64,000 nucleotides of DNA from Gammaproteobacteria bacterium (GTDB taxonomy: Bacteria; Pseudomonadota; Gammaproteobacteria; Xanthomonadales; Wenzhouxiangellaceae), in NCBI GenBank assembly GCA_003567685.1, contig PWYW01000035.1:1503-65502 (forward strand), written 5' to 3'. The stretch's first letter is position 1; every line of letters starts with the position of its first letter. Below the pieces are notes generated by a model, which saw only the letters and a program-made list of their open reading frames with translations, did not search any database and was not told the DNA's origin. A program made the position numbers and the translations under genes. Below are positions 59,124 through 64,000 of the stretch, piece after piece.

Positions 59124-60785
59124 TCAGGGCGCCAGCTTTTTTTTCAGCGCCATGGCCAGCGGTGCGGGCAGCTTGGGCAGGGAGCGCAGCAGCCAGGGCA
59201 GGATGCGGCGCTTGCTGCGGTTGAGTGATTCGGGAATGACGGCGTCAATCAGGTGCGGACCGGGCTGGCTGAAGGCGTACTCCAGGGCCTGGCAAAAGGT
59301 TTCCGCCGTATCGACCCTGACGGCGTGCACGCCCATGCCCTGGGCCAGCCGGGCAAAGTCGAGGTTGGGGCCGGTCAGGTCGAGTTGTGAGCGGGCCTTG
59401 GGGCCAACCGCGGTTTGCGCGCCCACCCGCTCCAGTTCCACGTTGAGGATGGAATAGGCCGCGTTGCTCAGCACCACCACGGTCACGTCCAGGTTTTCGC
59501 GCGCCATGGTCCACAGCGCCTGGTTGGTGTACATGGCCGAACCGTCGCCGACCAGCGCCAGCACCGGCCGGTCCGGACAGGCGATGGCCGCACCCACCGC
59601 GTTGGGCAGGCTCTGCCCGATGGCCCCGCCGGTCAGCGTGATCAGATCATGCGCCGGGCAACCGGCGGTCATCACCGGCAGCATCAGCCCCGAGGTGTTG
59701 GCCTCGTCGACGATGATGGCGTTTTCCGGCATCAGGTGACCGACCGCCTTGCAGACCTTCTCGGCACTCAGCCGCCCGCGCGGTCGGCCGGGGCGCGAGG
59801 CTGCTTGCAGCTCGGGCTCGGCCTGGTCGGCCTTGACTGCCGTCACCAGCTTTTCCAGGCTGGCCCGAGCGTTTTCCGAAGGCGTACTCAACACGTGAAC
59901 CTGGCAGCCCTCGGGCACCAGCTCGCTGGGCTTGCCGGGGTAGGCGAAAAACGACACCGGCGGCTTGGCATCGACCAGCACCAGGTGCTTGTACGGCGAG
60001 AGCTGCAGCGAGGCCAGCTCGGCCAGATAGGCAATGCGCTCGACCGGCGGGCGACCGGCGCCGCGCTCCAGCCGGGTGGGAAAGACCTCGGCAAACACCT
60101 TGACGCCTTTGTGCGCCGCCAGCCGGGCCGCCGCGCGGAGGGCGGGCTCGCGAAGCGCCTGCCCGCCCAGCAGCAGGGCGGCCGGTTCATCACTTTCAAT
60201 CGCCCGGGCAATCGCCGCGACGGTGTCGTCGCTGGCGGCGGCAGGCTCATTGATTGGCGGCGGTGGAGCCGGGCTTCCGCCCTCGCCCCAGGACACGTCA
60301 GCCGGCAGAATCAGGGTAGCAACTTGTCCAGGAAGACCGCGAGCGGCCCGGATCGCCTCGGCGGCGTCGCAGGCCAGGTCTTCGGTGCGCATCGAGGTGC
60401 GAAGGAAACCCGGCGAGACATTGCGCGCCACGGTTTCGATATCAGACTGCAGCTGGGCGTCCAGCGCCATGTGATAGGTCGCATGATCACCGACGATGTT
60501 GACCACCGGCACCTTGCCCTTGCGCGCGTTGTGCAAATTGGCCAGGCCGTTGCCCAGCCCGCAACCCAGGTGCAGCAGCACCGCGGCCGGCTTGTCGGCC
60601 ATGCGGGCATAGCCGTCGGCGGCACCCGTGGCCACGCCCTCGAACAGGGCCAGCACGGCACGCATCCGCGGCTCGTCGTCGAGCGCCGCGACAAAGTGCA
60701 TTTCGCTGGTGCCGGGGTTGGAAAAACAGACCTCGATGCCGGCGTCGGCCAGCGTTTTCATCAGGGCTTGGGCGCCGTTGGACAT
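59124..60785 (-). CDS. Thiamine diphosphate-dependent enzyme (acetolactate synthase large subunit / benzoylformate decarboxylase superfamily)
   Basis: MSNGAQALMKTLADAGIEVCFSNPGTSEMHFVAAL...GVATGAADGYARM, and the ThDP-binding motif GDGSAMYTNQALWTMAREN...NN-type. The track start at 60866 is an extension. Confidence 0.85.
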   Translation of the reverse strand: MSNGAQALMKTLADAGIEVCFSNPGTSEMHFVAALDDEPRMRAVLALFEGVATGAADGYARMADKPAAVLLHLGCGLGNGLANLHNARKGKVPVVNIVGDHATYHMALDAQLQSDIETVARNVSPGFLRTSMRTEDLACDAAEAIRAARGLPGQVATLILPADVSWGEGGSPAPPPPINEPAAASDDTVAAIARAIESDEPAALLLGGQALREPALRAAARLAAHKGVKVFAEVFPTRLERGAGRPPVERIAYLAELASLQLSPYKHLVLVDAKPPVSFFAYPGKPSELVPEGCQVHVLSTPSENARASLEKLVTAVKADQAEPELQAASRPGRPRGRLSAEKVCKAVGHLMPENAIIVDEANTSGLMLPVMTAGCPAHDLITLTGGAIGQSLPNAVGAAIACPDRPVLALVGDGSAMYTNQALWTMARENLDVTVVVLSNAAYSILNVELERVGAQTAVGPKARSQLDLTGPNLDFARLAQGMGVHAVRVDTAETFCQALEYAFSQPGPHLIDAVIPESLNRSKRRILPWLLRSLPKLPAPLAMALKKKLAP

Positions 60786-60816
60786 GCTGCTTCCTCGTTG
60801 TTTATTGGCTTGCGCC

Positions 60817-61992
60817 TTACAGCGTTTCGTCGCTGTTGGATAGCGACTCCAGACAATGCGGGCCAATGTCAGCCACGCGCGTAATGCCGGTCAGGGCCAT
60901 GGCGATGCGAAGCTCATCCTGGAAGGCCGCCAGCAGACGCTCCAGCCCGGCCTGGCCGCCGCCGGCCAGGGCCCACACCCAGGGCCGGCCCATCATCACG
61001 CCATTGGCACCCAGGGCCAGGGCACGGAACACATCGATGCCGGAGCGAATGCCGCCGTCAACCAGTAACTCCAACCGGCCTTCGGCAGCCTCAACCAGGC
61101 GCGGCAAGCAGTCGGCCGTGGCCGGCACGCCGTCAAGCTGGCGGCCACCGTGGTTGGAAACCACCAGCCCGTCCACACCGACCTCGATGGCCGGTTTCGC
61201 GTCGGCGGCGTCAAGCACGCCCTTGAGCACCAGCCGGCCTTTCCAGCTTTCCCGCAGCCAGGCGATGTCGTCCCAGGTAACCGAGGGGTCGAACTGCTGG
61301 TCGACCCAGTGCTTGAAGTCATCCGGGTTGCTGGCCGCCTTTATATACGGGCTCATGCTGCCCAGGCTGAGTGGCTTGCCGCGAAGGGCCACGTTCCAGA
61401 TCCAGCCGGGCCGGCTCAACAGCTGGGTGATCTTCAGCAACTTCGGCCGAAGACCGGGCATGCCCACGCCGTTGCGCACGTCGCGCTGGCGGCTGCCGGG
61501 CATCGGCAGGTCGACGGTGAACAATAGATTGCGGCAGCCCACTTGCCAGGCCTGGTCCAGCAGCGAGCGAACCACGGCGCGATCTTTCAGCATGTAAAGC
61601 TGGAACCAGAACGGCTGCTCGGCCGCGCGCGAGACCTCATCCAGCCCGCACAGGCCTACGGTCGACAGGGTGAACGGCACGCCGCAGGCTTCGGCGGCTC
61701 GCACAGCCTGGACTTCGCCGCGACGGGCAGTCATGCCGCCCAGGCCGATCGGCGAAAGCGCCAGCGGCAAGCCGCAATCCTGGCCCAGCACGGTGGCCCG
61801 GGTGTCGATACCGCCCACGTCGACCAGCACGCGCTGGCGCAGGCGGATGTCGCCCCAGGCGCGGGCGTTCCAGTCAAGCGTTTGCTCGCGCCCGGCCCCG
61901 CCGTCGACGTAGTCGAACAGAAAGCGCGGCAACCGGCGTCGGGCCTGTTCGCGATAGTCCTCCGGGGTGGCCGGACAAGGTTTGATCGGCAT
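60817..61992 (-). CDS. FMN-dependent alpha-hydroxy acid dehydrogenase (LldD/MdlB/glycolate oxidase family)
   Basis: YREQARRRLPRFLFDYVDGGAGREQTLDWN..., VSNHGGRQLD and GGIRSG.DVF.ALALGA motifs. Confidence 0.9.
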   Translation of the reverse strand: MPIKPCPATPEDYREQARRRLPRFLFDYVDGGAGREQTLDWNARAWGDIRLRQRVLVDVGGIDTRATVLGQDCGLPLALSPIGLGGMTARRGEVQAVRAAEACGVPFTLSTVGLCGLDEVSRAAEQPFWFQLYMLKDRAVVRSLLDQAWQVGCRNLLFTVDLPMPGSRQRDVRNGVGMPGLRPKLLKITQLLSRPGWIWNVALRGKPLSLGSMSPYIKAASNPDDFKHWVDQQFDPSVTWDDIAWLRESWKGRLVLKGVLDAADAKPAIEVGVDGLVVSNHGGRQLDGVPATADCLPRLVEAAEGRLELLVDGGIRSGIDVFRALALGANGVMMGRPWVWALAGGGQAGLERLLAAFQDELRIAMALTGITRVADIGPHCLESLSNSDETL

Positions 61993-61995
61993 GGC

Positions 61996-63645
61996 TCAGT
62001 CGTTTCCTCGGCCGGTAATTGAGGCTGCCGCCGCGCGGGCGGTAAGAATGCAGCCCGGCAAAAACGTGCCTTCCAGCGAGCGCTTGCCGTTGCAGCCACC
62101 GCCGCCAAAGCCGGCGGCCTCACCCACGCAATACAGGCCCGGCACCGGCGCGCCCGCGCCATTCAGCACCCGGCTTTGCAGGTCGGTGCGCAGCCCACCC
62201 AGGCTCTTGCGGGTAATCAGCTGCAGGCGCATCGCAATGAAAGGGCCGGCACCCGGTTTCGCCAAGGGTGCGGGCTTGCAGGTGCGCAGGCGGTCCGGCT
62301 TCCACTGGCGGGCTTCTTCGATGCGACGTATCTGTTGATCGGCAGCCAGGGCTTCAGGGTCAGAGAACAGGTCGTCGAAGGCCTTTACCGTGGCGCGCAA
62401 TGTATTCGGGTCGATGTCGTGCGATCGGGTGAGCTGGTTCATTTTCATCGCCAGGCCATCCAGGCTGTCATCGACCAGGAAGTCCTCGCTTTCGCGCTGC
62501 ATCTGGTCAACCAGGCGGCGATTGCCCAGCAGCAGTTCGCGCAGGAAGCTCGGAAAGCGCTTTTCCCGAATCGACGGGTTGTGTTCGGCGCCGGAAATGG
62601 CAAATTCCTTCAGCGCGATGCGCCGGTTCAGCAAGTGCCAGGTCCAGGGCTTTTCCTGCTCGGCCACGCGCTGACACAGCCAGTGGGTGTCAAAGCCCGT
62701 AACCAGCGGTTCGGGCCCGATGCGCCGGCCGCGATGGTCCAGCCACAACGCCGATTTGCAGGGAATGGTCGACAGGCCATGGCCGGGAAAATGCGGAAAC
62801 GGGTGCGGCAGGCCGGCAGCGTAGTTCCACATTTCGCCGGGGTTGACGATCTGGCCGTCAAGCTGGTCGGCCGTGAACTGATGCAGGCGACCATCGGCGT
62901 AGGGATGGGCGCCGTTCAGGAAGGCCCGGGGACGTGGCCGCTCGGCCGGCCAGTGGGCGCGAACCTGTTCGTGCGAGCCGTTAATGCCGCCCATGGCCAG
63001 CACCGTATGCTCGGCCTGGAACCGCACTTCCTCACCGCTTAGCTCATTGATGGCCAAGGCACCGCTGACCCGGCCGTTGGTGTGCTCCAGTTCGGTCACT
63101 CGATGCCGGTGCAGGAGGGTCACGCTGTTGGAGGCCAGCAACTGGCTACCCAGGCAGCGAATCAGCTCACGCGCCGTGCCCCAGACGATGTGATAACGCG
63201 CCACCCGGTTGCCGTCGCCGGCGCGACCGCGCTCGACCCAGTTGACCGCCGGCATGAAACGAATGCCCTCATCAATCAGCCAGTCGTGAACGTCAGCCCG
63301 CGAACGCTCGACATAGCGCCTGGCCCAGGCCAGCGACCAGTGATCAGCCGGATCCAGTTCGCCAAACTGAAGCCAATCGGCCAACGCCCGCTCGGGCGAA
63401 TCGGCAATCTTCATCTTCGCCTGCAGGGGCGTGCCGACCAATGCCATGCCGCCGAAGGCCCAATAGGCCAGGCCGCCGAAGCGTTCGGGCGTATCACGAT
63501 CGACCAGGCAAACCCGCTTGCCGGCGCGCACCGCTTCCAGCGCCGTGACAATGCCGGCTAGGCCGCCACCAATCACCAGCAGATCGGCTTTCAGCGTCAC
63601 CGTGCGTTCAATTTTTTTTCCATATTTTGAGTCTACCGCAGGCAT
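61996..63645 (-). CDS. FAD-binding dehydrogenase (fumarate reductase/KsdD-like flavoprotein, COG3573-type)
   Basis: The dinucleotide-binding motif ADLLVIGGGLAGIVTALEA is followed by ...CLVDRD. The C-terminus GLYCVGEAAGFGGGG is typical of this family. Confidence 0.8.
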   Translation of the reverse strand: MPAVDSKYGKKIERTVTLKADLLVIGGGLAGIVTALEAVRAGKRVCLVDRDTPERFGGLAYWAFGGMALVGTPLQAKMKIADSPERALADWLQFGELDPADHWSLAWARRYVERSRADVHDWLIDEGIRFMPAVNWVERGRAGDGNRVARYHIVWGTARELIRCLGSQLLASNSVTLLHRHRVTELEHTNGRVSGALAINELSGEEVRFQAEHTVLAMGGINGSHEQVRAHWPAERPRPRAFLNGAHPYADGRLHQFTADQLDGQIVNPGEMWNYAAGLPHPFPHFPGHGLSTIPCKSALWLDHRGRRIGPEPLVTGFDTHWLCQRVAEQEKPWTWHLLNRRIALKEFAISGAEHNPSIREKRFPSFLRELLLGNRRLVDQMQRESEDFLVDDSLDGLAMKMNQLTRSHDIDPNTLRATVKAFDDLFSDPEALAADQQIRRIEEARQWKPDRLRTCKPAPLAKPGAGPFIAMRLQLITRKSLGGLRTDLQSRVLNGAGAPVPGLYCVGEAAGFGGGGCNGKRSLEGTFLPGCILTARAAAASITGRGND

Positions 63646-63955
63646 GGCGGATGGTCATCCGTCAGCGGCGCATTCAGACCTAGAATCGAACGCCGTGAAC
63701 TGTTACCCCGAAGATGACGTTCCACCAATGCGCCTAGAAAGAAGGATAGTCAGAACGCCGCAGTCAATGCAGGAGCCAGTCTTAAGCTAAATCGAGATGC
63801 CACGATGGGAACTGTTTGTCTAGACTGATTAGCAACAAGCGAAGGAGCGTTCCTTCGCGCAATCAATGCTGGAATGCCGAGATCCGGCATTATCCCCAGC
63901 CGCGCATCGCCATTGATGGAATCATCATTTAATGAGACAAATGACCTTAAGGAAG

Positions 63956-63987
63956 CTCGACGCATGAACCTGCGTTCATGCGTCGAG
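63956..63987. repeat. Perfect 14-bp inverted repeat (hairpin) in the AT-richer terminal region
   Basis: CTCGACGCATGAAC-ctgc-GTTCATGCGTCGAG, read directly. Two further hairpins lie at 63839-63858 (GCGAAGGA-gcgt-TCCTTCGC) and 63873-63891 (AATGCCG-agatc-CGGCATT). Confidence 0.85.
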
Positions 63988-64000
63988 CACAACTCGGGTC

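Noticed and set aside
63750-63992. 80-aa minus-strand ORF in the terminal AT-richer region.
   Set aside because: It has no RBS, no motifs and atypical composition, and it is spanned by three perfect hairpins. It is more likely non-coding.

Overview
High-GC (by eye about 60-65%) proteobacterial chromosome segment, gammaproteobacterial in gene order, and mostly core housekeeping. The main conserved block is rpsB-tsf-pyrH-frr-uppS-cdsA-rseP-bamA-skp-lpxD-fabZ-lpxA-lpxB-rnhB (8.8-22.5 kb, + strand). Two further conserved blocks are pyrG-kdsA-eno (37.9-41.7 kb, - strand) and pgeF-rluD with divergent bamD-ispA (41.8-45.3 kb). Other recognisable genes include pssA, proS, trhO, an MscS channel, acyP, a TlpA-like oxidoreductase, yihY, arsC-wrbA-DUF2069, gcvT and queC. 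I found no rRNA, tRNA, CRISPR array, transposase, integrase or phage gene. The less ordinary content sits between the conserved blocks. (1) An ECF sigma factor paired with a transmembrane Ser/Thr kinase and no anti-sigma gene. (2) A two-gene secreted cassette (lipase-like hydrolase plus unknown protein) where the conserved cluster breaks after rnhB. (3) An ~890-aa secreted protein with no recognisable domain, divergent from an asparaginase N-domain-only gene. (4) An Fe(III)-type ABC importer without an ATPase gene. (5) A translationally coupled trio: fused double-DUF1538 membrane protein, P-II-like protein and CBS-pair protein. (6) A secreted protein with a PEP-CTERM/IPTL-CTERM-like C-terminal tag. 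(7) A radical-SAM protein with Cx4Cx2C spacing next to queC. (8) A co-directional LemA-DUF2207-HlyD-ABC ATPase-duplicated FtsX permease array. (9) A cluster of two tail-anchored proteins (one with an XRE HTH) plus an S41/PDZ protease and a LolA-like protein. (10) An FAD / FMN-hydroxyacid-dehydrogenase / ThDP-enzyme operon. None of these is demonstrably novel from sequence alone. The DUF1538/P-II/CBS trio, the LemA-DUF2207-ABC array and the orphan giant protein are the best candidates for undescribed biology. Many long ORFs in the supplied track are antisense artefacts of the high GC content and were rejected.
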